Shown here: piece after piece, positions 47,297-63,026 of the stretch | How the letters are laid out: the number at the start of each line of letters is the position of its first letter | How positions within the stretch are numbered: the first letter of the stretch is position 1 | From: Eledone cirrhosa | Taxonomy: Eukaryota | Length of the DNA: 64,000 nt | Assembly (NCBI GenBank): GCA_964016885.1 | Contig: OZ024759.1 | Coordinates: 27,962,001-28,026,000 of the forward strand | Direction of reading: 5' to 3' | Notes under the pieces: model-generated | Told to the model about the DNA's origin: nothing | The model's input: only the letters and a program-made list of their open reading frames with translations | Database searches by the model: none | Position numbers and translations under genes: made by a program

Positions 47297-47565
47297 TGTA
47301 TTATATATATATATTATATATATATATATTATATATATATTATATATATATTATATATATTATATATATAATATATATATATTGTATATATATAAATAAT
47401 ATGTATATTATATATATATTATATATATATATAATATATATATATATATTATATATATTATTATATATATATATAATATATATATATATTATATATATAT
47501 TATATATATATATAATATATATATATATATTATATATATTATTATATATATATATATAATATATA

Positions 47566-47608
<43 letters not shown>

Positions 47609-47798
47609 ATATAAATAATATATATATATTGTATATATATAAATAATATATATATTATATATATATTATATATATATATAATATATATATATATATTATA
47701 TATATTATTATATATATATATAATATATATATATATATTATATATATATTATATATATATATAATATATATATATTATATATATTATTATATATATAT

Positions 47799-47840
<42 letters not shown>

Positions 47841-47883
47841 TATTATATATATATATAATATATATATATTATATATATAATAT

Positions 47884-47918
<35 letters not shown>

Positions 47919-48002
47919 ATATATATATATATAATATATATATATTATATATATAATATATATATATATTATATATATATATATAATATATATATATATT
48001 AT

Positions 48003-48067
<65 letters not shown>

Positions 48068-48144
48068 ATATTATATATATATATATATATTATATATATA
48101 TATATTATATATATATGATATATATATATTATATATATATATAT

Positions 48145-48193
<49 letters not shown>

Positions 48194-48678
48194 ATATTAT
48201 ATATATATATATGATATATATATATATTATATATATATATATTATATATATATATAATATATATATATTATATATATAATATATATATATATTATATATA
48301 TATATATTATATATATAATATATATATATATATATTATATATATAATATATATATATATATATTATATATATATATATTATATATATATATATTATATAT
48401 ATATGTATTATATATATATATATTATATATATATATATGATATATATATATATTATATATATATATATTATATATATATATATGATATATATATATATAA
48501 TATATATATATTATATATATATTATATATATATATTATATATATATATTATATATATATATATTATATATATATTATATATATATATTATATATATATAT
48601 TATATATATATATTATATATATATATTATATATATATATTATATATATATATTATATATTATATATATATATTATATA

Positions 48679-48731
<53 letters not shown>

Positions 48732-49435
48732 ATATATTATATATATATATTATATATATATATATATATTATATATATATATATTATATATATATATATT
48801 ATATATATATATATAATATATATATATATTATATAAATATTATATATTATATATTATATATATTTTATATATATATTATATAAATATTATATATTATATG
48901 TATATTATATATATTATATATATATATATATTATATATATATTATATATATATTATATATATATTATATATATATATTATATATATATTATATATATATT
49001 ATATATATATTATATATATATTATATATATATTATATATATATATTATATATATATTATATATATATTATATATATATATTATATAAATATTATATATAT
49101 ATATTATATATATATTATATATATATTATATATATATTATATATATTATATATATTATATATATATATTATATATATATTATATATATATATTATATATA
49201 TGTTATATATATATATATTATATATATATTATATATATATAATATATATATATATTATATATATATTATATATATATCATATCATCATCATCATCATCAT
49301 TTTACGTCCGCTTTTCCCTGCTTATATATATAATATATATATATTATATATACATATATTTATATATATATTATATATATATATTATATATATTATATAT
49401 ATATATTATATATATATATATTACATATATATATT
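47297..49435. repeat. About 2-kb degenerate (TA)n/(TATTA) tract
   Basis: Direct inspection. Confidence 0.95.
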
Positions 49436-49798
49436 ACACGGGCTTGTGTATGTGTGTAATTATATGTACATATATATTAATTTGTCTCCCCCTCTCTCCG
49501 TCTTTCTCTATATATGTGTGTGTGTATATATATGTGTGTGTATATATAAATGTGTATATATGTATGTGTATATATATGTATATAAATATACACAGAAGCA
49601 CACACATTATGTACACGCTTGCACACACACACATACATACACACACATATATATATATACACGCGCGCGCACATATATACCACAATGAAACGAACACTAT
49701 TACGCAATGTGCAACTAGTGAGTGCGAATTTGGTATGACAGCGAGTAACTTGATTTGTTGACAGCCAGATAGTTAGATAGATAGATAGATATATAGAT

Positions 49799-50468
49799 AA
49801 CTTCCTTTTTATTTGCCACCAGGGCATCAAAGAGTGGGACAAGTACAATGGGGGGAGTTTACATAAAAAGGCGTCCTCAATAAGGAGGAGGCAATAACAA
49901 AATATAAAAATATAAAAATATAAAATATAACAAAAATAAATTGAATAACAAAATCCTCAATAGGGAAGAGGCGCCTTGGGGGGGTCGCACACACCCGCAA
50001 AAATAAATGTGCAACTCTTCTCCTCAGGAGTACAGTGAGAGGGTGTTCCCTTGATCTTTTATCTTTCTCACCTAAGGTCTGATGTAGAGTGAAGGCCCAT
50101 TCACACGGGTCATTCTCGCCACTTTCACCCATCTTTCATAAAAACGGCTGGGGTGCAGCACCTCTCTCTCCATCCTGATCCTTCTTCCGAAATGATATCG
50201 GAAGAAACGGACCAGTTGTTGGCCAGAGAGAAAGGTGCCTGACTTCAGTCCTTTCAGACGCGTCCACCATACAACCTCTTTCGCCGTGGCTATTACGCAC
50301 AGAAACACCGCCTCTCCTTCGTTTTTGAAGAGGGGAGGCGGCTTGATCGTTACAATAGACTCGGTGGTCAACCGGATCGGTCCCACCCGTGACAGCAGTC
50401 GTTCGACATAGCCCCACATATCGGCAATGCCCGAGCAGTGTACCAATGCGTGTGTAACGGTTTCCTCA
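49799..50468 (-). mobile_element. L1/Tx1-like LINE 3' fragment
   Basis: EETVTHALVHC..W zf-RVT-like motif, ORF2 C-terminus, 3' UTR and AATAAA; (GATA)n on both sides. Confidence 0.8.
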
Positions 50469-50632
50469 GATAGATAGACAGTTGGATAGGTAGGTAGAGG
50501 AATAGATAAATAGGTAGACAGGTAGTTAGGTAGAGGTATAGATAAACAGACAGTAAGGTAGGTAGGTAGGTAGGTAGTTACATGGGTAGCTAGGTATGGA
50601 TATCAATAAATAGACGGATAGATAGATAGATA

Positions 50633-51110
50633 TGTTTCTTTATTAGCCACAGGGGCACAAAAGAAGGGGACAAATACAAAGGGGGAAGTTTACATACAAT
50701 AAAAACGTATAAAATATTATCACAAATGTAATTTAAATGTAATTTAAAAATTAGTCGATTTTCCCCAATAGGGGGAGACATTACATATGGGTAACACATA
50801 CCCCCGAAAAAATGTGCAACCCTCATCTCCAGGAGTACGAAGAGTTTGTACTCCTTTCCTCTCCTCCTCCTTTTCCTCAACCTACAGGCTGATATAGAGA
50901 GAAGGCCCATTCACTCGGGCCATTCTCGCCACTTTCACCCACCTTTCATAAAACTTGCTGGGGTACAGCACCTCTCTCTCCATCCTGATTCTTCTCCCAA
51001 AGTGGTATTTGAAAAAAAGAATCAGTTGTTGGCCGGAGAGAAAGGTGTCTGACCTCAGTCCTTTTAACCTCGTCCACCTTACAACCTCTTTCGCCATATC
51101 TATCACACAA
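50633..51110 (-). mobile_element. Second L1/Tx1-like 3' fragment; shorter 3' ends at about 51735-51870 (-) and 61790-61843 (+)
   Basis: AKEVVRWTRLKG...FYERWVKVARMARVNG, paralogous to 50072-50446. Confidence 0.8.
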
Positions 51111-51439
51111 AGGATAGATAGACAGTTGGATAGGTAGGTAGGTAGAGGAATAGATAAACAGACAGTAAGGTAGGTAGGTAGAGGTATAGATAAACAGACA
51201 GTAAGGTAGGTAGGTAGGTATGGATATCAATAAATAGACGGATAGTTAGAGAGATAGATAGATGGATATATAGATATTTAGATAGATGAAGAGATTGTTA
51301 GATAGATAGATTAACGGATAGTTAGATAGATCGATAGATAGATGAATAGATTCTTAGATAGAGAGAGATAGCGGATATATAGATAGAAGAATAGATAAAC
51401 CGGTAGTCAGATGGTTTTATACACATATATATATATATA

Positions 51440-51619
51440 TAATTGTTTCTACTTTTGGCACAAGGCCAGCAATTATTCCAGTGCATTACTGGTACTTTAT
51501 TTTATCGACCCCGTAAGGATGAAAGGCAAAGTTAACCTCGGCGGGATTTGAACTCAGAATGGCAAGGGACGTAACTCTATGCGTCAAAGCATGGCGTCCG
51601 ACCCTCTACCGATACTGCC
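51440..51619 (-). mobile_element. tRNA-derived SINE (same family)
   Basis: Reverse complement of the 4678 element. Confidence 0.85.
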
Positions 51620-52340
51620 GAGGGAGAGAGAGAGAGATGAGTATGTATGTGGATAGATAGATAGATAGATTGGTAGATAGAGAGATAGATAGGTAGATAT
51701 ATAGATATGTTTCTTTAAAGATAAATAAATAGATATATTTCTTTATTTGCCACAAGGGCGCACAAGAAAAGGGGACAATACAAAGACACGTGCCGGGGAT
51801 TTTACATACAGTCGTGTAAAAATATTGAAACAAACAATCGAAATCCCCAATAGGGTGAGACGTTACAAATGAGTTGTTTAATAGTTTGGTAGGTAGATGG
51901 ACAAGAAAATGAATGGATACGTATTTAGTTCCATTAGTAAAGGAATTACTTATGTTGTACATGTGGGTACGGGAATATACGTGTGTGTACATTGTGACTG
52001 TATGAGTACATGTGTGAACGTATGTGTACAATTGCCATGTGTGTGTATGGATGTGTACGTGTGTGCAAATGTGTGTACATTTGTGTACGTGTGTGTGTGG
52101 AAGGGTGTGTATATTTGTGTCGGTGTTTGTGTTCGGGTGTGTACACGCATGTCTACGTTTGTGACTGTGTGTACGGATGTGTGCGCGTGTGTTGGTAGAT
52201 CTACATGTATGCGTAAAGTGTATGTATCTACAAGAGTGTATGTGTATGCAAGACTGCAAGTGCTCGCGTGTCTATATGTGTATGTGCGTCTCTATGTATG
52301 TGCATGTGTGTGTATAATATATATATATATATACATACAT

Positions 52341-52397
<57 letters not shown>

Positions 52398-52539
52398 TAT
52401 ATATATACGTATATATGTAATGTGTGTGTGTTACAGGTGATAAATTATAAACACACCTGCCTCATCTTCAACGATTTCACACAAAATATTAACAAGACTT
52501 GCAACTTACCTGTACAATATTTGGTAACTCCTTAAGTGA

Positions 52540-52576
<37 letters not shown>

Positions 52577-53266
52577 CGCCGTAGTAGTAGTTTTAGTAGT
52601 AGAAATAGTGGTGGTAGTAGTAGTAGTAGTAATAGTGGTAGTAGTAGTAGTATTAGTACTAGTAGTAGTGGTAGTGGTGTTTATAGTAACGAGGATCCAA
52701 ACTCGACTGCAATATAATCCCAACTGGTAGTCCATTGTAACACCCCCAGAAGAGACACACCCCTGATTTTAGCTTCGCCTTTCATATTTTCAGGGAGGTG
52801 GGGATGGATAAAATAAAGTACCAGCGATGCACTGGGGTAGATTTAATAGACTTTCACCTCCTCCCAAATTGCTGGCCTTGTGCCTAAATCAAGTACCATT
52901 ATTATTATAGTTGTCTATATTCCGGTAAGGTAGTCGTATGAAGGTTGAAATACAGACGAAAAACAAACAACAAAAAAAAAAAAACGTCTGTTCTTTATTG
53001 GGAGTCAGTGTGTATGTATGTATGTATATATGTATGTATGTATAAATATATATTTATATGTATATATATATATGTATATGTGTGTGTATGTGTGTGTATA
53101 TTGGACTAGCGGTCGGTACTAGAGACGGTGGAGATCCTGGTCTTGGGATCAATCCTGGTCGAGAGGTACATGTAGTCTTTTCAAGGGCGGTGCCCCTGCA
53201 TGGCCTCAGCCGGATGTGTGTGTATATGTATGTGTGTGTATGTATATATGTATGTGTTTGTGTATG

Positions 53267-53313
<47 letters not shown>

Positions 53314-53642
53314 ACAGAGACAATACAGCTCTCCCACAAAAATTTCTGCTGTCTTGTTAAAGTTTCAAACAAGCAGAAGTAATTCTTATTGTCGTTGTCG
53401 TCGTCGTCGTCATCGCCGTCGTTATCGCCGTTGTCGTCGTCGTTATCGCCGTTGTCGTCGTCGTTATTGTTGCTGTTGTACAATAAGGTATTGTTATCGT
53501 TTTACATCTGCCTTCGTGTCAGATATAGTTTACATGTTTCTGTTGTTGATGTTGATGTTGTTAATGTTGTTGTACAATGAAGTAATGTCTTTTCCTCTGA
53601 TGCCTACCCCTGTGGCAGATACAGTTCCCTACATGTTGCTGA

Positions 53643-53675
<33 letters not shown>

Positions 53676-53904
53676 CTGTTATGGTAAGCCTTTCTCCATC
53701 TCAGCCTCCTCTTCACCAGCCCCACTGCCTTCACAGTATCGTATGTAACAAGGTTTCCTCACTTTTGTGGAACAGCCTTAAAAAACAAACAAACACAAAA
53801 AAAGCAGCTAGAACCTAGAAATCAGTCACGTGGTCTATATTTGTCATCATCATTATCATCATCATCATCATCATCATCATCATTTTAGTTGTTATTATTA
53901 CTGA

Positions 53905-54380
53905 AGTTTCCGGCTCTATACGTTCTGAGTTCAAATCCCGCCGAGGTTAACTTTGCCTTTCATCCTTACGGGGTCGATAAATTAAAGTACCAGTAATACA
54001 CTGGCGTCGGTTTAACCGACTTTCCCTCCTCCACCTTTAAACCGCTGGTCCTGTGACTAAAGTAGAAACAATTACTACTAATTCCGGTTCTTTTACGTTG
54101 TGTTCAAATCCTGAACTTTACCACAGAACTGTCGGGGAGGAGATGGGATGGAGTGGAGTAGGGTTCGATAAAATAAAGTACCAGTTAAATGCTGGGGTCG
54201 ATATAATCGACGTCACCTTCGCCTAAATTACTGGTCTTGTGTCTAAATCAAAAATCATTATCATTATTGATTTTGTCTCTTTACGTTCTGAGTTCAAATC
54301 CCGCCGAAGTTAGCTTTGTTTTTCATCTTTTCGGGGTCGATAAAATAAAGTACCAGTAATGTACTGGGATCGATTTAATC
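53905..54380 (+). mobile_element. Three head-to-tail 5'-truncated SINE copies
   Basis: B box and gataaaataaagtaccag repeated three times (about 53920, 54095 and 54280). Confidence 0.75.
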
Positions 54381-54382
54381 AA

Positions 54383-55095
54383 CTGTTACTGTTGTTGTTG
54401 TTACTGTTGGTGTTGTTACTGTTGTTGTTATTGTGGTTGTTGTTGTTGCTGGTGTTGTTACTGTTGTTGGTGTTACTGTTGTTGTTACTGTTGGTGTTGT
54501 TACTGTTGTTATTGTGGTTGTTGTTACTGTTGGTGTTGTTACTGTTGTTGTTGTTACTGTTGTTGTTGTTATTGTTGTTGTTGTTACTGTTGTTGTTGTT
54601 ATTGTTGTTGTTATTGTTGGTGTTGTTATTGTTGGTGTTGTTATTGTCGTTGTTATTGTTGGTGTTGTTATTGTCGTTGTTATTGTGGTTGTTACCGTTG
54701 GTGTTATTGTTGTTACGGTTGGTGTTGTTATTGTTGTTATTGTGGTTGTTACTGTTGGTGATATTGTTGTTATTGTTGGTGTTGTTATTGTTGTTATTGT
54801 GGTTGTTACTGTTGGTGATATTGTTGATATTGTTGGTGTTGTTATTGTTGTTATTGTGGTTGTTACTGTTAGTGATATTGTTGGTGTTGTTGTTACTGTT
54901 GTTGTAAATGATTCTTGTTTTTGTTGTTGTAGTTATTACTACGCTTGCTGTTACTGTTGTTGCTGCAGCATTTGTTGCTGTTGTTGTTATTGTTGTTGCT
55001 GCAGTTTTTGTTGCTGCTATTGTTTTTTCTCTTGCAGCTGTTGTTGTTGCTATTGCAGCTGTTGTTGTTGTTGTTGTTGCAGCTGTTGTTGTTAT
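54383..55095. repeat. Degenerate (GTT)n
   Basis: Direct inspection. Confidence 0.9.
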
Positions 55096-56224
55096 CAATT
55101 CTTGTAGCTGATATCTGCAGGTAGTGGACGTCGCTCTTAATGTACATTTTGTCAAGTACTCGTGCGAGTGTGTTTATGTGTCTGTGTGTGCGCTTGCATG
55201 TGTGTGTATATCTGCCGGCATGTGTGTGTGTGAAAGTGCGTGCATGTGTACGTGCTGTACGTATGTATGTTTGTGTGAAGTATGTGCGTCTGTGTGTGTG
55301 TGTATGTATCTGTATGTATGTGTCTGTGTATGTATGTGTCTGTGTGTGTGATTATGTGTGTGTCTATCTGTGTTTGTCTGTGTGTATCTGTGTCTGTGTA
55401 TGTATGTGTCTGTGATTGTGTGTGTGTCTATCTGTGTTTGTGTATGTATATGTCTGTGTATGTGTGCCTGTGTGTGTGTGTGTATCTGTGTCTATGTATA
55501 TAATGAATGTGTCTGTGTAGGCATGTGTCTGTGCAAATGTGTGCGTGTGTGTCTGTTTGTGAATGTGTGCGTCACTCTCTCTTATCTCCCCTATCTCACC
55601 CCCTCTCACCCCCCTCTCACCCCGTATCCCCCCCCACGTCTGTTTCCACAACTTCACAAAACAAATTCGTAACCCTCGTCACTCCATGCAATAAACAGCT
55701 CCCCCATATTTTTGTAATAATTCCTCCGCCTTTATCGTTGTGTCAAACAACTTTCTATTCACTGCTTCAACAACGACAATAACAACAATAACAGCAATAC
55801 CACAAAGACAGATTCATAACCATATCCCTAGGACTTACACATGTACACAGCATAAAGAAAAAAAAGCCCTACTGGACACTGCACAGATATTTCAGAATAA
55901 TACTCTTAATACAATAGAAATTACAACACTGCACGCACCCAAGACACACAGTGCTGTGCTCGGTAATGTAGGGAAGACACGCAATAAAAAGATCACCATT
56001 GTTAATAATATTAATAATATTAATAATAAGGATAATAATAATTTATGTTTCTTTTACTCATCGGTTTAATGCAACATTATTTAGCGATTTCGTCGTACGG
56101 TTCCTAAACATTCCTCTCTTCGAAGGACTTGTCGTTTATTGTTATTGCAGTATCGGTAGAGCGTCACCACATATCATGCTTTGCGGCATGGAGTTATGGC
56201 CCTTTACGTTCATACTTGACGACC

Positions 56225-56270
<46 letters not shown>

Positions 56271-56272
<2 letters not shown>

Positions 56273-56485
56273 CGAAGGAAATGTGGTAAGGAACCAGCTG
56301 GACCATAACGCACCAAAGTACTCAATACTTAGGGTAGTAGAGTGGGTAATAGGAACGAGTAGGACCCCGACGGCTGAGCTCAAGCTGAGCTCAAGCTGAG
56401 CTCAAGCCGTTTCGACGGCTAATTCTGGGTCCAGTATTAGCCGTCGAAACGGCTTGAGCTCAGCCGTCGCGGTCCTACTCGTTCC

Positions 56486-56487
<2 letters not shown>
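56271..56487. mobile_element. TA-flanked fold-back element family (aacgaaggaaatgtggtaagg...)
   Basis: Copies at 1137-1277, 38905-39072 (inverted) and 59658-59716/60000-60057. Contains a hammerhead-like 3' half GAAACGGCT..AGCCGTC. Confidence 0.7.
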
Positions 56488-56516
<29 letters not shown>

Positions 56517-56563
56517 CCCGGAATAACATATATATATATATATATATATATTCAACCCGGAAT

Positions 56564-56606
<43 letters not shown>

Positions 56607-56614
56607 CCCGGAAT

Positions 56615-56649
<35 letters not shown>

Positions 56650-57729
56650 CCTTATAAATCCACATATGTATGCAAGCATCTGTTTACATGCGCACACACA
56701 CACACACAATTCTACATTAGTCCTTCCATCTACCATTCTATAACTACAGTACTCCCCCCCACCCATCCTATATATTCGTCCGCTCTTTATCAATTATATT
56801 CTTCTCTCTATCCGATGTTTCCAACTTTATCTCTTTTTTTATTTCCATCTCATTCTCACCCTTTCGTTCCTTCATCTACTTGTAATCCTCTTCTATTTTC
56901 TCTGTACATACAATCAAATACACACACGTACACACACCAATCTGTGCTTGTAAGTGTGTTTACATATATGGTGGCTGCCAACTCGTTTTCGAGTACGGCC
57001 ACTACTTTATATCTATGTAGGAGAACCCCTACCGATGCGCTGAACGAGTGTGACTTTTTTATCCAGCCAGCGACTTGAAAACTCTGGTACAAACACTACA
57101 CTTGTGACGACAAATGCAGAGAGATCTCCAGATATAAAGCAATGCCTGTGCCGTGAAGCTTTTATAGTGAGCAAAGGCACTGCACAAAGCCAGTCCCACT
57201 CTCTTAACCAAGATGATATTTACCAAAAAGAAGAACAAGTCAACATCATTGGATACCATCAGAGTTGCAGGTGTTATATCAGAGTTTTCCTTCTCCTAGA
57301 ATTCTGCCTTGACAAAGGCTAAGGGGTCATCTCTCCCGGTGATTTTGGATGGCCATTGACTCTTAAGAGCTCCTTTGCCCTTTGACAGGTTTTGTTTTTA
57401 GTCCTGCAGGATGTCCAAAGTCACCCTCCTCACCAAGAAACCTTGGTGGGGTTGCCAGTTTAGTCGCCAACGACCCGACCATGAGACATACAATCAAATA
57501 CACACACGTACACACACCAATCTGTGCTTGTAAGTGTGTTTACATATATAGATATATAGAAATAAACATAAACACACACACATATGCATCTATATACATA
57601 TATATATATATATGATATTTATATATTTATATATATGATATTTATATATTTATATATATGATATTTATATATTTATATATATGATATTTATATATTTATA
57701 TATATGATATTTATATATCTCTCTCTCTC

Positions 57730-57779
<50 letters not shown>

Positions 57780-57995
57780 ATTTATATATATGTATGTGTA
57801 TATATATTCATATATACACATACATAACATATCTATATATACATACATATCATATATATATATATATGATATGTATGTATATATAGATATATGTTATGTA
57901 TGTGTATATATGAATATATATACACGTGTGTGTGTGTGCGTGTGAATGATATGTATATATATACATGTGTGTGTGCATGTATGTGTGTATGTATA

Positions 57996-58026
<31 letters not shown>

Positions 58027-58282
58027 CATACACACGTATATATATATATACATATACACACACACCTTTGGCATCTTCTAATATTATAACAATGCGAGAT
58101 ATTATTAGGTTTCAGCTTAATTAATATTTTGTTCGGAGCCAATGATATTTACATAAATTTGCATATTTATCTGGCAGTGTCAAACAAGTCTTTGATCAGC
58201 ATGTTAATCTTCGACGGAGGAAATCCTTAGTTCAAAATCTCTTAATATATCTCTTTGTCTGTCTCTCTGTTTATATATACAT

Positions 58283-58422
<140 letters not shown>

Positions 58423-58542
58423 TATATATATATATATACATGTGCGTGTATATATGTATGTGTATAGCTATTTATGTGTGTATATGTGTATATATGTATG
58501 TATGTATATATATGTATATATATATATATATGTATATATATG

Positions 58543-58609
<67 letters not shown>

Positions 58610-58782
58610 GTGAGGTTTTTTTACAAAATGAAAAAAAAAACGAGGTGTCGTACACGAGTGAAAGTATAAGGAAAAACGATGAAATCGAAAATGCAACTTG
58701 AGTCTTATTTTTTTTAAATATATTTATTTGGTTCCTTTACCGGTTTCGCAGTTCTTGTATTTTCGATTTCATCTTTTTTCCT

Positions 58783-58864
<82 letters not shown>

Positions 58865-59003
58865 CGTGTATGCATATATATATGTATATGTATGTATATA
58901 TGTGTATGTATATATGTGTATGTATATATATATATGTATATGTATATATGTGTATGTATATATATATGTATATGTATATATATGTATATATGTATATATA
59001 TGT

Positions 59004-59061
<58 letters not shown>

Positions 59062-59078
59062 GTATATATATGTATATG

Positions 59079-59177
<99 letters not shown>

Positions 59178-59184
59178 GTATATG

Positions 59185-59218
<34 letters not shown>

Positions 59219-59245
59219 TTTTACATATTCCTTTGTTATATTCCA

Positions 59246-59303
59246 ATACCTGATGATATCACCGGATTCATATGGAACCCGGTTATTGAAATGATCATAG
59301 TAT
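59246..59303 (+). ncRNA. Type I hammerhead ribozyme
   Basis: ATAC-CTGATGA-..ACCGGATTC(ATATG)GAACCCGGT..-GAAA-TGATCA-TA-GTAT; palindromic stem III ATGATCAT. Confidence 0.7.
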
Positions 59304-59506
59304 AATAAACCCTTCAAGAATTTACACCAGTCCAGCCTCCTGTTATTTTATTTTATTTATAATTAACTCCGTACTCGCACCACCAACTACACAAACAAAG
59401 ATGGGTGAACTGCACTGCGTTGAGTACTCTTCACAATATTACACCAGGATTGACCATACGGAATGACCAGTTCTATCCAGTGGTGAACCAACAAACCTAA
59501 AGAAAA

Positions 59507-59543
<37 letters not shown>

Positions 59544-59603
59544 GTATATATGTATGTGTATAGATATGTATGCTTATATATGTGTATGTATATATATATA
59601 TAT

Positions 59604-59660
<57 letters not shown>

Positions 59661-60056
59661 AACGAGTAGGACCCCGACAGCTCAACTCAAGCCGTTTCCA
59701 CCGCTAATTCTGGACTAAATGAACATTTTTATCCTGGTAAATGAATAGCCGAACTTCTCAGGTGGTAATTCCATATATGGTAAAAGTGATTGTAACACGA
59801 ATTGGTCAAAAGTTTGTTGTTGAGACACATGATTCTATCATGGCATTTTGTGGAAGGTAGGGGTAGCTGAACTTGCCAGTAGAAGAAAGAAGGAGAGGAG
59901 TGGAGGAAACCCAATCGAGCGTTGAAAGTGACAACTACAGGAGATTCTAAGGATAGAAGGTCGAAAAAAGTATACTGGAGAAAGGGAGGGGGGATTGTAG
60001 TATTGAGTACTATGGTGCGTTATGGTCCATCTGGTTCCTTACCACATTTCCTTCGT

Positions 60057-60088
<32 letters not shown>

Positions 60089-60369
60089 GGATGGTCATGG
60101 TGCCAATATTGGCAATACAAATACACACACTATTTGCAGATAATTCGTTGCAAAACATATATATATATAGTAATAATAATAAACATGAAGACTAAAATCC
60201 AAAGAGAGCTCGATAAGGATAAATATATATCAAATATATAAGAACCGTAGAGCAAATATTTATGAAAATAACAGATTAATATATATATGTAAAAGGTAAA
60301 CAGAAATAACACTACAATATATGGATATAGGGATATATTAAGTTAACGCTTGATATAGCAGGAAGAGGG

Positions 60370-60405
60370 TCTTAACGTTTCGAACGCTAGTCCTTCATCA
60401 GAAGA
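60370..60405 (-). ncRNA. Minimal type I hammerhead ribozyme (32208 family)
   Basis: TCTT-CTGATGA-A-GGAC(TAGC)GTTC-GAAA-CG-TT-AAGA. Confidence 0.75.
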
Positions 60406-60993
60406 AAGAATAAGAAATAAGATAGATTGACGGGATGGGCGGGTTGGAATTGGAAAAAATGTCTTATATATATATATTAGTTATTAGTAGTTATGGAAAA
60501 AGTACGAGTTTTGCTGCTCTCCAGTTTCAGCTGTGTTCTTACATGATCACCAACCACCATTAAAAATAAATATTTAAACTCTGTTTCGGTATTAAGTACC
60601 CATTCTCATAGCCGTGAACATCACACGTCTCTCCCTCTCTTTCCTTGTATAGCTCGTGTTTGAGTTAGAATTAACCCCCAAACGAGCCTCACAGAAGCAC
60701 AAAAATATCCTCTCAGACATTGTTCAAGTATTCTTTCAGTCCCCTTGACAATAGATGTTATATCCGAATTATAACGACTAATATATATTTCCAAGGTAAC
60801 ATAATTCCTGGGTTTATTCTTTTTTCTTTTCTTTTTCTTTTATCCCTTCAACCTCACCCCTCTCTTTCCTTCACCTAATATCTACAATCCCATCTGAATT
60901 GTAGTTGTTACGTAAACAACACAAAGTTTCACATTTTACAATACTTTAAGCAAACTGCAAATCACTCTCTCTTCTCCTTCTCTCTCTCTCTCC

Positions 60994-61092
<99 letters not shown>

Positions 61093-61414
61093 AATATAGA
61101 TATATGTAGATATATGTGTGTGTATATATGTGTGTATATATATGGGTGCGTATATATATATATATATGTATATTTATGTATATATGAATTTATATATATG
61201 TATGAATATATATATATATATGAATATATATATATGTATATATATGAATATATATATGTATATATATGAATATATATATGTGTATATATATATATATATA
61301 TATGTATATTTATATGTATATATGAATTTATATATATGTATATATGTATGTATATATATGAATATATATATATGTGTATATATATGTATATTTATATTTA
61401 TATATGAATTTATA

Positions 61415-61454
<40 letters not shown>

Positions 61455-61504
61455 TTTATATATATGTATATATATATATATATATATGAATATATATATA
61501 TATA

Positions 61505-61549
<45 letters not shown>

Positions 61550-61587
61550 GTATATATATATATGTGTGTATATATATATATATATGA

Positions 61588-61619
<32 letters not shown>

Positions 61620-61670
61620 GTATATATATATATGTATATATATATGTGTGTATATATCCATATATGTGTG

Positions 61671-61719
<49 letters not shown>

Positions 61720-62766
61720 CTATCTATCTATCTATCTATAAATTATATGGTGTGTGTGTTTCTTTCTATTAGCAACATGACCATCCCCGGCATGTCTTTG
61801 TATTGTCCCCTTTCTTGTTGCGCCCTTGTGGCTAATAAAGAAATCTATCTATCTATCTATCTATCTATTTGGGGATGGTCATGTTGCCAATAGAAAGAAA
61901 CACACACACCATATAATTTAGCTTCATTGTTCGTTATTCATTTATCAAAATTCTTTCGTCATATATTCTGTGGCCTCGTCGGTGATTATCTGTTTTGTGC
62001 TTCTTAATTTTCCTGGTTTTATTCTAATTGCAATATTGGCACACATATACACATAAACACACACAGATACACCCACAATACACACAAACATACACATATA
62101 CACACTAACGCACATATATATACACACTAACACACATATGCACACACCAATACACACATATACACCAGCACACGCATACACACCAATAGGCATATATACA
62201 CACAGACACACACACACGTATACGTACATACTCAGAATCAACCATACACCCACGCAAACATACACGCAGACAAACACACATATACACATAAACACACAGA
62301 TATACACACACGTACATACGCACGTCATGAACCTTTATTTATCGACCACACACCAAATATGAAATCGATATATAAACATGATTAAATTAAAGAACCACTC
62401 ACTTTCCATTAAGTATTTCACGAAATATAACAAAGAACATCTGTGTAAATCAGACATAATCAATATCGATGATCGATTTAATTCGATCTAAGCCGATCTG
62501 ATCTTCTTCTCTCTTTTATTTTGAAATCAAAAAAATTCATAAATTAATAAGTCTAGAATGGAACACCAACCTCAGGTAATATCGATACTTATAACAAATG
62601 TAAATTGTTCGACGCACCAGTTGCCAAACATTGATTTTCTCATGGAATATTTGATTATATATTATCGAAAAATAAGTTAATGTGCAATAGTTTAGATAAA
62701 ACTATTACTGTAATGTAAATATTTCAATATATATAATAGACTGAGCCATTGCTGGTTCTTTTAGTT

Positions 62767-62805
62767 CTCCAATATTTCGGGATATAAAAGTCCCTTCATC
62801 AGAGT
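62767..62805 (-). ncRNA. Partial/degenerate hammerhead
   Basis: CTGATGA-A-GGGAC...ATCCC-GAAA-TATT; stem I is poorly paired. Confidence 0.4.
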
Positions 62806-62838
62806 TTAAGGAACCTTCACATATATATACCATATATG

Positions 62839-62905
<67 letters not shown>

Positions 62906-63026
62906 ACATAAACAGAGAAAGCCTTAAGCGATACTCCGACCAACTCCATCTCACTCAACAAACATTAGGATATACTTAAGTATTATCCCAATTTAGTGTT
63001 TGGGGTGCTAACTAATTTCGTGGATA

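Noticed and set aside
62400-62700. Possible Penelope GIY-YIG endonuclease remnant (APVAKH-like)
   Set aside because: It is too decayed to support by eye and needs tBLASTn or an HMM search.
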